Positions 1 to 9,072 of a stretch of DNA of 64,000 bases are shown piece after piece. Source of the DNA: an uncultured Acidimicrobiia bacterium (GTDB lineage: Bacteria; Actinomycetota; Acidimicrobiia; Acidimicrobiales; AC-14). The stretch covers positions 608,001 through 672,000 of the forward strand of contig CAWIIV010000006.1 in assembly GCA_963836205.1 (NCBI GenBank), in the 5' to 3' direction. Positions within the stretch are counted from its first letter, which is position 1; each line of letters begins with the position of its first letter. A program made the position numbers and the translations under genes. Below the pieces are notes generated by a model. The model did not search any database. It had not been told where the DNA came from and saw only the letters and a program-made list of their open reading frames with translations.

Positions 1-180
1 GATGCGGTGCCGCTTGAAGACGGCGTTACTTTGGCCGAGCACCGCGACCCAATCCTCGAGTTCGACGCCATCTTGCCGAACCAGGTCCATCACGCCGCAC
101 ATGCCATGGCCGTTCATTCGCAGGTACGCAGCCGGGGAAAGGTGTTGCAAGGTGATGGCTATCGCCTCTTCCAGGCCCAT
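1..180 (-). CDS. Partial hypothetical ORF running off the left edge (MGLEEAIAITLQHLSPAAYLRMNGH...); either a separate gene or the frameshifted continuation of 159..992
   Basis: Minus-strand frame is open from the ATG at 180 to the window edge and reads as protein-like; it overlaps the end of 159..992. Confidence 0.4.
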   Translation of the reverse strand, partial: MGLEEAIAITLQHLSPAAYLRMNGHGMCGVMDLVRQDGVELEDWVAVLGQSNAVFKRHRI

Positions 181-992
181 CCGGGCCCGAACGGAACTCC
201 GATCTGGTCTCGCCCGGCCCAACGCCTCAGAGCGCGCTGAACGAGCTGCTCCCCGCTCGGGGAACTGCTGCCGACGCCCGAAGCCGGCAGCCCGGGGGGG
301 GCCTGTTGGGCTGTCGCAGGAGGCCGTGGCGCAGGCGCGGTAGGTTTCACCGGCCAGTCCTCCCCAGCAGCCGCATTTCGCCAGGTGCGGTCATTCTGGT
401 ATCGGGGCACGATCTCCTTGCCAGTGAAGCCAAGGACCTCCTCAAGGATCAGCCTGATCGGAGCAGGCCCGGGGAGGCGGGCGAGGGATTCGCTCAGTCC
501 GTCCTCACCGGGAGCGACGATGGCGACCTCCAGTTCGTCATACTCGAGTCGACAGGCAGCTGCCCGAGCTTCGATCCCAGCGGCAGCGAGCCGATCATTC
601 GCTGCATCGAGCGCCGCGGCGAGCCGCTGGACGGCCGACCCGCCGACCCGTTGGGCGGGCCTTTGCTCGGATTTCGGAGTAGCACGGCCGACTTCCCCCG
701 TTGGACGGGGTCTAGCTGGAGGCCCGCCCGATGAACTTCGGACCCTGATGTAGCTGGCGCTGGAGCGACCGTCGCCGTCTACCCCGACGACGGTCAGGCC
801 TTCCCGCTGAAGGCGTTCGACGGCGAGGTCGGTAAGAACATCCAACCGGTAGCGGATAGGGAAGTCAGTCGATCGCACCGCCACGACAAATTCTCCCTGC
901 CCGCCATTGGCAGCCTCGCGTGCCTGCCGGTCGATCTCAGCGAAGCCCCGTCCGAGCCCGTCCGAGCCGGTCAGCTTCGAAAACAGCCCCAC
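159..992 (-). CDS. Hypothetical protein
   Basis: 277-aa ORF, GTG start preceded by GGGAGG RBS; no family recognised. Confidence 0.65.
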   Translation of the reverse strand: MGLFSKLTGSDGLGRGFAEIDRQAREAANGGQGEFVVAVRSTDFPIRYRLDVLTDLAVERLQREGLTVVGVDGDGRSSASYIRVRSSSGGPPARPRPTGEVGRATPKSEQRPAQRVGGSAVQRLAAALDAANDRLAAAGIEARAAACRLEYDELEVAIVAPGEDGLSESLARLPGPAPIRLILEEVLGFTGKEIVPRYQNDRTWRNAAAGEDWPVKPTAPAPRPPATAQQAPPGLPASGVGSSSPSGEQLVQRALRRWAGRDQIGVPFGPGWAWKRR

Positions 993-1122
993 GTTTCCCT
1001 CCCAATTCAGTGCCCATCACGGTCGCCAGAGAACGCTGATACACCTCCGACAGGGTCCCCCACTCGCTTGAGCAGGGGTCCCAGCGTGGAGTCGGCAACC
1101 CCGACCTCACAGGAGGATTCCG

Positions 1123-2526
1123 ATGGCCCACGTTGGAGGACAGCTTCAAGCGCAGTTCATGGCCCGTATCCGCGGGCGTGACCCCGAGCGTTGCCTGGTG
1201 GTGCCCGTCGACGTCGGCAAGTCGTCGGCGATGGCGCTCGTCGCCGACCACTACGGCGAGATGGTCGTGGCGCCCTTCGAGTTCGTCCTCACCGAGACCG
1301 GGTTCGCGGTGCTGTCGGGAGCGATCGCCCGGGCCGAGGCGACGCGCTCGGCCGAGGTCGTGCGGGTCGGGGTGGAATCGGCCGGGCACTACCACCGCAC
1401 GCTCGTGGCCCGCCTGCGGGCCGGCGGCCACGAGGTCGTCGAGCTCAACCCGGCGGCGGTGAAGGAGGCCCGGTCCCAGCAGCTGCTGCGCCGCCTCAAG
1501 AGCGACGCCCGGGACCTGGGGGCGATGGCCGAGCTGATGATCCGTGGCGCCGGCCGCCCCCCGGCGGTGCGCACCGACGCCCTGGCCACCCAGGGCGCAT
1601 GGGTCGCCCACCGCCGGCGCAAGGTGTCGGCCCGGGTGGCGCTGGCCAACCAGGTCATCGGCCAGCTCGACCTGGTCTTCCCCGGCCTCGACGGCTGCTT
1701 CTCCGACCTGCTCGGCGCCCGCGCCGGGCGGGTGATCGTCACCCACATCTGCGACCCCGACCGCGTCCGGCGCCAGGGGATCGAGGGCCTGCGTCGCTTC
1801 GTGGCCCGACGAGGCGTGACGCTGTCGGGGCCCAAGGCCACCCAGGTTGTCGAGGCGGCCCGGGTGGCGCTGCGCCTGCCAGCCGCAGAGCGGGCCGTCC
1901 TGGGCAGGGTCTTAGCCGCTGACCTGGCTCTTCTCGCCAGCCTCGAGGCCGGGATCGTCGCCGCCGAGGTGTCCCTGGCCGAGGTCCTGGCGGACACCCC
2001 GGCGCGGATACTGACCTCCCTGCCCGGGGTGGCGGTGGTGCGGGCCTCGAACTACGGCGCCGGCATCGGCGACCCGGCCCGGTTCCCGAACGCGGCCGCC
2101 GCCTACCGGGCGGCGGGCCTGGTCCCGACGCTGTACGAGTCGGCCGGGAGATCCCGGTCCCGCCAGCACATCAGCCGGGAAGGCTCCGTCGAGCTGCGCC
2201 AGGCGATCATCGAGCTCGGCCGGGGCCTGGCCCAGCACGAGGCCGACTTCCGCCACTACCGCCGCCGGATCCTCGACTCGGGCAAGCCGGCCTCGGTGGC
2301 GGCCGTCGCCGTCGGCCATCGGGCCCACCGCCTGGCCTTCGCCATGCTGCGCGACCAGTTGCCCTACGACCCGGCCCGATGGACCGAGTCGGTGGCGGCG
2401 GGCATGACCGCCATGGCGAAGACCCGACGGGCCCACCAGAACGACGTGACGTGCCCGCCGCCGGCCACCAGCGTGCCCGAAGGGGGTGAGGCCGACAACA
2501 CCACCGCCAGACGCTCTCGGGGCTGA
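1123..2526 (+). CDS. IS110-family transposase (DEDD RuvC-like recombinase)
   Basis: Motifs VDVGK, VGVESAGHYH, KSDARD; C-terminal LTSLPGV...AGLVPTLYESAG...ISREGS; AGGAGG RBS. Confidence 0.95.
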   Translation: MAHVGGQLQAQFMARIRGRDPERCLVVPVDVGKSSAMALVADHYGEMVVAPFEFVLTETGFAVLSGAIARAEATRSAEVVRVGVESAGHYHRTLVARLRAGGHEVVELNPAAVKEARSQQLLRRLKSDARDLGAMAELMIRGAGRPPAVRTDALATQGAWVAHRRRKVSARVALANQVIGQLDLVFPGLDGCFSDLLGARAGRVIVTHICDPDRVRRQGIEGLRRFVARRGVTLSGPKATQVVEAARVALRLPAAERAVLGRVLAADLALLASLEAGIVAAEVSLAEVLADTPARILTSLPGVAVVRASNYGAGIGDPARFPNAAAAYRAAGLVPTLYESAGRSRSRQHISREGSVELRQAIIELGRGLAQHEADFRHYRRRILDSGKPASVAAVAVGHRAHRLAFAMLRDQLPYDPARWTESVAAGMTAMAKTRRAHQNDVTCPPPATSVPEGGEADNTTARRSRG

Positions 2527-2707
2527 AACGCCCCGAGATCGGCGGCGGGGGGCCCGGACCGATGTCGAGTGCGCTACGACGTCCTTCGGGAACGTCGCTT
2601 CTAGCATGACGCCGGGTCCCTCCCACTGAAGCGAGCGCGAACGTGGTTGCCTGACCCGCCCTCGGGCGAGGTCGCGTATGTCAGCGTGTGCCGCGAGGGA
2701 GGCCGCC
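2515..2707 (+). ncRNA. Putative IS110 bridge RNA (5' hairpin, target-binding loop, donor-binding loop)
   Basis: 9-bp hairpin at 2515-2538; stem 2547-2557/2612-2624 enclosing a cUUCGg-capped hairpin; second stem-loop at 2631-2694; loop segments match the element's own junctions. Confidence 0.65.
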
Positions 2708-2826
2708 GAACCGGAAATCACCCCGAACCGGATCGACGCGCCCCTCGACGGACGCCTACTTCACCGCGGCTCCACAAGACTGTTGACAAACCAGACGGTT
2801 GCTAGACCCGAGTGGTCAAAGGGTGC

Positions 2827-3106
2827 CTACGTGCTCTTCGTGCGGCTCCACTCCCAGTTGCCGGGGCCGCTGTCCCACCAAACATGCCACCCGGGGAAGC
2901 TGGAGCCGCTGGAGGGGAAGATCAACAGCTTGGTCACGGCTTTTCCGAAGTCGTAGAAGGCGCCGACGTCCGCCTTGCCGCCGTTGAAGTCACCGACCAC
3001 CGGCTTCGTGCGGCTCCACTCCCAGTTGCCGGGGCCGCTGTCCCCACCAAACCTGCCATCCTGGAAACCCACTGCCGCTGGAAATGAACACCAAGAGCTT
3101 GGTGTG
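2827..3106 (-). pseudogene. Remnant of an FG-GAP/VCBS-like repeat protein (GDFNGGKADVGAFYDFG...WWDSGPGNWEWSRTK)
   Basis: About two repeat units with a 168-bp period (2836 and 3004); no start of its own; fused to the IS fragment. Confidence 0.7.
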
Positions 3107-3480
3107 CCGCGCCACGAGCGTGCGGTGGTAGTGCCCGACCGACTCCACCCCGACCCGCACGATCTCGGCCGAGCGTGCCGCCTCGGCCCGGGCGATCGAG
3201 GCCGCCAGTACCGCGAAGCGGGTCTCGGTGAGGGCGAACTCGAACGGAGCCACAACCATCTCGCCGTAGTGGTCGGCGACCAACCCATCGCCGCCGACCT
3301 GCCGACCGGCACCACCAGGCAGCACTCGAGGTCCCGCCCGCGGATGCGTGCCATGAACTGCGCTTGGAGCTGTCCTCCAACATGGGCCATCGGATGTCCT
3401 CCTGTGAGAGTCGGTTGCCGACTCCACGCTGGGGGGGCCCTGCTCAGGTCGAGTGGGGGACCCTATCGAAGGTGCATCAG
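3107..3480 (-). mobile_element. Truncated, frameshifted second copy of the IS110 element (left end plus about 95 codons of transposase)
   Basis: MAHVGGQLQAQFMARIRGRD...VGVESVGHYHRTLVAR is near-identical to the start of 1123..2526; the upstream ~90 bp is homologous to 1034-1122. Confidence 0.9.
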
Positions 3481-3579
3481 CGGCGAGGGCCAAGGGGGGA
3501 CGAAACGGCGCCGCCGACGACGGAAGGGGCCGCCTCGACGACATCGTCGCTCGGGACGGCGGACGCCCCTTCGAGCGGC

Positions 3580-3904
3580 GTGCGCGGACAAGGAGGGGTG
3601 GGCCCGTTTCCAGCTCAACGACCACGAGCGCGCCGTCGAGAAGTTGCAAGAGTCGATTCGACTGGAGCCCACCGCCGAGGCCTACCTCCACCTCGCCCAG
3701 GTGCACGCAAACCGGGCGCTCGACACCACCGCACCGGCCAAACGCCTCCGCGACGAGTCCCGCGCCCGGCACTACGGCGAGTTCGCTCGGAGCCTGGGCC
3801 TGGGATCCCAACAGGCTGAGCCCCTCGATCGCCTCATCCGACGCCTCGATGTCGAAGGGCCCCCGCAACAGGACTCGTGCCCGGCGCTCCTCCACGTTCT
3901 CTAG
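3580..3904 (+). pseudogene. C-terminal fragment of a TPR-repeat protein
   Basis: GWARFQLNDHERAVEKLQESIRLEPTAEAYLHLAQVH is TPR-like; no clear start; lies next to the IS remnant. Confidence 0.55.
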
Positions 3905-4118
3905 CGGCCTGTGGCCCCCGGCGGACGGCAGGGTCCGCCTCGACGACCTCGCCACTCGGACGGGCGGGCGACCTTCGGCCCACGGACCGCCGTTAGTATC
4001 CGGATCGCCCCCGCCGCCCGTCGGCCGAACGTCCCGGAGCCGTCCCGCGCCCTCCCCCGCCAACCGCGCCGACACCCCCAGCCGGCTCCGGCAGTGGGCC
4101 CGGGCCTCGGAGGGCACG

Positions 4119-5393
4119 GTGGCCATCGCCGCCGGGCTGATGGTGCTCGGCCTCACCGCCTACGGCTTCCTGGTCATCGCCGCCCGGGCGCTGGGCCCCG
4201 AGGCCTACGCCCCCTTGTCAGCCCTGTGGGCGATCGTCTTCCTCGTCGGACCGGGTTGCTTCATCCCCATCGAGCAGGAGCTGGCTCGCAGCCTGGCTGC
4301 CCGGCGGGCCGCGGGCCTGGGCGGGGGGCCGGTGATCCGGCGGGCGGCGGCCCTCGGCGGCGGTGCCCTCCTGTTCCTCACCGTGGCCTGCACCGTGGCC
4401 GGCGTGGTCCTCCTCGACCAGCTGTTCGACGGCGAGGCCCTGCTCGTGGTGGGCCTGCTCCTGTCCCTGGCCGGGTACTACGCCGAGCACCTGGCCCGGG
4501 GCGTCCTCGCCGGCTACGGACGGTTCCGGCCCTACGGCATCGCCCTCGCCACCGAGGGCACCCTGCGCCTGGTGGGCTGCGCCGTCCTGGCCGTCCTCGG
4601 CGTGGCCACCGCCGGCGCCTACGGCATCGTCCTCGGCGCCGCACCCCTGGTCGCCACCGCCGTCGCCCTGCGGGGCCAGCACGACCTCGCACCCCCGGGC
4701 CCCGAGGCCGACCGGCGGGAGCTCACGGTGGCCCTGGGCTGGCTGCTGGCCGGATCGGTGCTGGCCCAGGCTCTGGCCAACGCCGGGCCGGTGGCGGTGA
4801 AACTCCTGGCCGACGACAACGAGCGGGCCGTGGCCGGACGCTTCCTGGCCGCCCTCATCGTGGCCCGGGTGCCCCTGTTCCTCTTCACCGCCGTCCTCGC
4901 CCCCGCCCTCCCCCGCCTGGCCCGGATGGCGGCCGCCGGCGACCGCCGGGGCTTCGACGCCGGCCTCCGCCGCCTGCTGGCGCTGGTGGCGGCCCTGAGC
5001 ACGGCCGGCATCCTCGGCGCCCTGGTCGCCGGCCCCACCGTCGTGCGCACACTCTTCGGGGCCGACTTCGAGCTGCCCGCCCACGACCTCGCCACCCTGG
5101 CCGTGGCCTGCGCCGCCTACCTGTTCGCCATGACGTTGGCCCAGGCCCTCATCGCCGTCTCCGGCCACGGCCGGGTGGCGATGGCCTGGCTGGCGGGCGT
5201 GGTGTCGTTCGGAATCGTCACCGCCCTCGGGTCCGACCTCCTCACCCGGGTCGAGCTGGGGATGGTGGCCGGCGGGGTGGTATCGGCGGTGGCCATGGCC
5301 GGGCTCCTCCTCCCCCTCCTCCACCACCGGGTGGGACCGACCCCGTCGGCGGCGGGGCTCCTCACCTCGCCGCCCCCGGGGATGACGCCGTGA
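4119..5393 (+). CDS. Polysaccharide biosynthesis membrane protein (Wzx/MOP-like flippase); start approximate
   Basis: About 12 hydrophobic segments; AARALGPEAYAPLSALW...EQELAR pattern; heads a glycosyltransferase operon. Confidence 0.75.
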   Translation: MAIAAGLMVLGLTAYGFLVIAARALGPEAYAPLSALWAIVFLVGPGCFIPIEQELARSLAARRAAGLGGGPVIRRAAALGGGALLFLTVACTVAGVVLLDQLFDGEALLVVGLLLSLAGYYAEHLARGVLAGYGRFRPYGIALATEGTLRLVGCAVLAVLGVATAGAYGIVLGAAPLVATAVALRGQHDLAPPGPEADRRELTVALGWLLAGSVLAQALANAGPVAVKLLADDNERAVAGRFLAALIVARVPLFLFTAVLAPALPRLARMAAAGDRRGFDAGLRRLLALVAALSTAGILGALVAGPTVVRTLFGADFELPAHDLATLAVACAAYLFAMTLAQALIAVSGHGRVAMAWLAGVVSFGIVTALGSDLLTRVELGMVAGGVVSAVAMAGLLLPLLHHRVGPTPSAAGLLTSPPPGMTP

Positions 5394-6431
5394 CCGGCAT
5401 CGACGTCGTCATCCCCGCCTGGGGCGACGACCCGTGGCTCGAACGCTCGGTGGACTCGATCCTGGGGTCCACCGGCGTCGAGGCGACCGCGGTCGTCGTC
5501 GACAACGGCAACGACCCGGCCACCATCGACCGCCTGGCCGCCCGCCCCCGTGTCACCGTCGTCCGCCCCGGGTCCAACCTCGGCTTCGCCGGCGGCTGCA
5601 ACGCGGGCGCGGGCGCCGCCGCCGCCACCGCCGACTTCGTCGCCTTCCTCAACCAGGACGCCGTCCTCGAACCCGACGCCCTGGCCGCCCTGGTCGAGGT
5701 GGCCTCGAGGCCCGGCGTGGGCATCGCCTCGGCCAGCGTCCGCCTGGCCGACGACCCCGAGCTGATGAACTCCGCCGGCAACCCGGTGCACTTCCTCGGC
5801 TTCTGCTGGGCCGGCGCCTACGGGGAGCCGGTCGCCGACCACCAGGTCGAGGTCGACGTCGTCGGCGCCGCGGGCACAGCCATGGCCATGCGCCGCGACG
5901 TCTGGGACGCCCTGGGCGGGTTTCGCCGACGAGTACTTCGCCTACCACGAGGACACCGAGCTCAGCGCGCGGGTCCGGCAGCGGGGGCTCCGCATCGTCT
6001 ACGTCCCGACCGCGGTCGTCACCCACCGCTACCACTTCTCCCGCAACGCCCAGAAGTGGTACCTGCTCGAGCGCAACCGGCTGGTGTTCGTCCTCACCAC
6101 CTACGAGCGCCGCACCCTCCTGCTCCTGGCCCCCGCCGCCCTGGGGGTGGAGATCGGCATGCTCCTGGTGGCGGCCCGGGCCGGCTGGCTGCGACCCAAG
6201 CTGCGGGGCTGGGGCTGGCTGGTGGGCCACCGCCGGTGGATCGCCGAGCGCCGCCGCCAGCTCCAATCGGACCGGGTGGTGGGTGACCGGGCCCTCGCGC
6301 CCCACCTCGCCACCCGCTTCGACGCGGCCAACATGGGCATCCCCGGATGGATCGGCCCCCTCGACGCCGGGCTCTCGGCCTACTGGTGGCTGGCCCGGAG
6401 GATGCTCCGCCGCGACCGCTCCCTCGCCTAG
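5390..6431 (+). CDS. GT2 glycosyltransferase, with a +1 frameshift at about 5921
   Basis: VVVDNG, NLGFAGGCN, FLNQD, then ALGGF/ADEYFAYHEDTELS continuing in the next frame. Confidence 0.85.
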
Positions 6432-6443
6432 GCTCTCGGTGCC

Positions 6444-6815
6444 TTGAGTTCCCGCGGCCACCTGCTCGTCCTGCTGGTGACGCTTTCGAGCGTCCTGTTC
6501 ATCGTCCGGCTCCTCCGACGCCACCACCTGCCGGCGCGCTACGCCCTGCTGTGGCTCTCGGTGGGCGCGGTGCTGATCTTCCTGGCCGCGTTCCCCGGCG
6601 TGCTCGATGCCACGTCCGACTTCCTGGGCATCTCCTACGGCCCCACCACCTTCTTCCTGGGCGCCATCACCCTGCTCCTGCTGGTGGTGGTGCACTTCTC
6701 CTGGGAGCTGTCCCGCCTGGAAGAACGCACCCGGCTGCTGGCCGAGGAGCTGGCCCTGCTGCGGACCGAACCACCGACACCCCCCGACCGGGAGGACGAG
6801 ACAGCCCGATGGTGA
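6444..6815 (+). CDS. DUF2304-like small membrane protein
   Basis: RYALLWL...LGISYGPTTFF...SRLEERTRLLAEELALL; typical neighbour of DPM-like glycosyltransferases. Confidence 0.85.
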   Translation: MSSRGHLLVLLVTLSSVLFIVRLLRRHHLPARYALLWLSVGAVLIFLAAFPGVLDATSDFLGISYGPTTFFLGAITLLLLVVVHFSWELSRLEERTRLLAEELALLRTEPPTPPDREDETARW

Positions 6816-8242
6816 ACCGCCCCTGGGGCGCACTGCCCTGTCCCCGGCGGCGGACGACAACCAGCGTGGCCCTGAGCCTGGCCCTGGCGCTGGCGTTCTC
6901 CGTCCTGGCCGCGCCCACGGCCACCGCCACCGGCCGGACGGCCCAGTCCGAGCCCACGCCCCACACCGAGTCCGACGCCTCCGAGGCCGGGGCCCAGGCC
7001 GAGAGCCAGGCCCCGGCCGAGATCCCGGTGCCCACCGGCTCGTTCGTCACCTACCGGGTCTTCACCACCCAGTACGCGTCCCACGACCCCGCCAGCGTCG
7101 AGGTGGCGGTGCCCGACAAGTGCGCCAAGTTCGCCGCCCTCAAGAACACCGGCGCCCTCAGCAGCCAGGGCTGCCCCGCCGGCTACAGCACCAGCCTCGA
7201 CTACCGGGTCATCGTCACCCTGGCCAACGGCCGCAGCGAGATCATCCCGGTGAAGGACGTCGGGCCGTGGAACGTCGACGACAACTACTGGAACCCGAGC
7301 GCCGCCGGCTCGCCCCGTCCCCGGCGCCTGTTCGGCAGCCTCCCCACCGGCAAGCCCGCGGCCACCGCCGCCTTCAGCGAGGGCTTCAACGTGCAGGCCA
7401 ACTGCAAGGACCTCGAACAGCAGCCCACCACCCGCACCGCCGGCGCCGACCAGTTCGGGCGCTGCGTGCTCAACCCGGCCGGGATCGACCTGTCGCTGGA
7501 GGCGGCCAAGAAGCTCGGCCTGCGCCCCGGCGAGAACGCCTTCGTCAACGTCACCTTCCTCTGGGAGCCGGTGACGCCCGGCACCAAGCCCGGCCTGAAC
7601 CGCCTGAACGTCCGTTACCTGCGCCAGACCCGCACCAGCGGACCGGCCGACTTCAGCTACACCTACGGCGACCCGGCCGACTTCCCGCTCATGGGCGACT
7701 GGGACGGCAATGGCACCAAGACCCCGGGCGTGTTCCGGGCCGGCACGTGGTTCCTGCGCAACTCCAACAGCACAGGAGTGGCCGACATCACGTTCGGCTA
7801 CGGCAGCCCCGGCGACTACCCGGTGGTCGGCGACTGGAACGGCGACGGCGTCGACACCATCGGGATCTTCCGGGCCGGCAACTGGTACTTCCGCAACGCC
7901 AACTCCACCGGCGTGGCCGACGCGGTGTGGCCCTTCGGCGACTTCGGCGACATCCCGGTGGTGGGCGACTGGAACGGCAACGGCACCGACACGTTCGGGG
8001 TCGTGCGCCGGGGCATCTGGTACATCGCCGACTACTTCGACGCCGGCCGGGCCGAGCAGGTCTTCGGCTACGGCAACCCCGAGGACACCCCCGTCGTCGG
8101 CGACTGGGACGACGACGGTGACACCACCGCCGGGATCTTCCGCGACGGGCAGTGGTACACCACCGACACCCTCGGCTCCAGCGCCGCCGACGACAACTTC
8201 CACTTCGGTGACCCCGCCGACCGTCTCGTCCCCTGGAGCTGA
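6809..8242 (+). CDS. Secreted protein with a double-psi beta-barrel (RlpA/expansin-like) domain and C-terminal GDWDGNG (FG-GAP-like) repeats
   Basis: Signal peptide; PVKDVGPWN...AGIDLS; about five repeats of WxLRNxNxxGxADxxFxYGxPxDxPxxGDW; GGAGG RBS. Confidence 0.8.
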   Translation: MVNRPWGALPCPRRRTTTSVALSLALALAFSVLAAPTATATGRTAQSEPTPHTESDASEAGAQAESQAPAEIPVPTGSFVTYRVFTTQYASHDPASVEVAVPDKCAKFAALKNTGALSSQGCPAGYSTSLDYRVIVTLANGRSEIIPVKDVGPWNVDDNYWNPSAAGSPRPRRLFGSLPTGKPAATAAFSEGFNVQANCKDLEQQPTTRTAGADQFGRCVLNPAGIDLSLEAAKKLGLRPGENAFVNVTFLWEPVTPGTKPGLNRLNVRYLRQTRTSGPADFSYTYGDPADFPLMGDWDGNGTKTPGVFRAGTWFLRNSNSTGVADITFGYGSPGDYPVVGDWNGDGVDTIGIFRAGNWYFRNANSTGVADAVWPFGDFGDIPVVGDWNGNGTDTFGVVRRGIWYIADYFDAGRAEQVFGYGNPEDTPVVGDWDDDGDTTAGIFRDGQWYTTDTLGSSAADDNFHFGDPADRLVPWS

Positions 8243-8274
8243 TCGGGGGGCGGTCCGGCGTAGACTCGGGGGTC

Positions 8275-9072
8275 GTGAGCCGGGCGGAGGTCAACGGGCC
8301 GGGCCCACCGGAGTCGCTCCTCGTGATCATCCCTGCCCTCAACGAGGAGGCGGCCCTCGGCGGGGTCATCAAGGAGCTGCGGGCGTGGTGGCCCCACGTC
8401 CACATCCTGGTGGTCGACGACGGCTCCACCGACACCACCGTCGAGGTGGCCCGGGCCGAGGGCGTCGCCGTCGCCCCCCTCGTCTTCAACCTCGGGGTGG
8501 GCGGGGCCCTACAGACCGGCTTCCGGTACGCGGTCCGTCACGGCTACACCCGGGCCATCCAGTTCGACGGCGACGGCCAGCACGACGCCTTCGAGATCCC
8601 CGCCCTCCTGGCCGCGCTCGACGACGGGGCCGACCTGGTCATCGGCAGCCGCTTCGCCGCCACCGCAAGCGCGAGCGCCGCCGCTGTCGGTGAGACCTAC
8701 GCGGTGGGCCGGATCCGGGGCGGGGCCATGCGGGGCCTGCAATTGGCGGTCCGCATCCTGGGCGGGCGCCCCTTCACCGACGCCTCGTCCGGGTTCCGGG
8801 CCTTCTCCGCCCCCCTGCTCGACTTCTTCGCCCAGCGCTACCCCAACGAGTTCCTGGGCGACACCGCCGAGGCCCTGCTCCTCGCCTGCCGGGCCGGCTT
8901 CGACGTGGTCGAGGTGCCGGTGCGGATGAGGCCCCGGGCCGGCGGCACCCCCTCGAACGGCCGGGTCAAGCTCGCCTATCACTACGTGCGGGTCCTGGTG
9001 AGCATGATCGGGACCTCGCCCACCTCGCGGCCGACGGTGCGCGACCCGCTCCCCGACGCCGGACCCAGGTGA
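8275..9072 (+). CDS. GT2 glycosyltransferase, DPM1/polyprenol-phosphate type
   Basis: IIPALNEE, VVDDGSTD, QFDGDGQH, DASSGFRAF. Confidence 0.9.
   Translation: MSRAEVNGPGPPESLLVIIPALNEEAALGGVIKELRAWWPHVHILVVDDGSTDTTVEVARAEGVAVAPLVFNLGVGGALQTGFRYAVRHGYTRAIQFDGDGQHDAFEIPALLAALDDGADLVIGSRFAATASASAAAVGETYAVGRIRGGAMRGLQLAVRILGGRPFTDASSGFRAFSAPLLDFFAQRYPNEFLGDTAEALLLACRAGFDVVEVPVRMRPRAGGTPSNGRVKLAYHYVRVLVSMIGTSPTSRPTVRDPLPDAGPR

Larger units (their letters stand above)
1036..2803 (+). mobile_element. IS110-family insertion sequence, complete, bounded by CT core dinucleotides
   Basis: Left junction gagaacg-CT-gatacacc (1036-1037) and right junction gacggttg-CT-agaccc (2802-2803). TTGACA at 2783-2788 near the right end. 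The left boundary is independently supported by where homology with the second copy (3480) begins. Confidence 0.8.

Noticed and set aside
293-302. Poly-G tract as a phase-variation switch
   Set aside because: It encodes a Pro-rich linker in frame, and the reading frame stays protein-like past it.
2420-2427. AGACCCGA identical to the right target flank (2804-2811), as a possible guide
   Set aside because: No partner segment complementary to the left target was found in that loop, and an 8-mer match in GC-rich DNA can be chance.
1038-2801. IS1111-type sub-terminal inverted repeats or a target-site duplication
   Set aside because: No convincing inverted match between the two ends; only the gCT core is shared.
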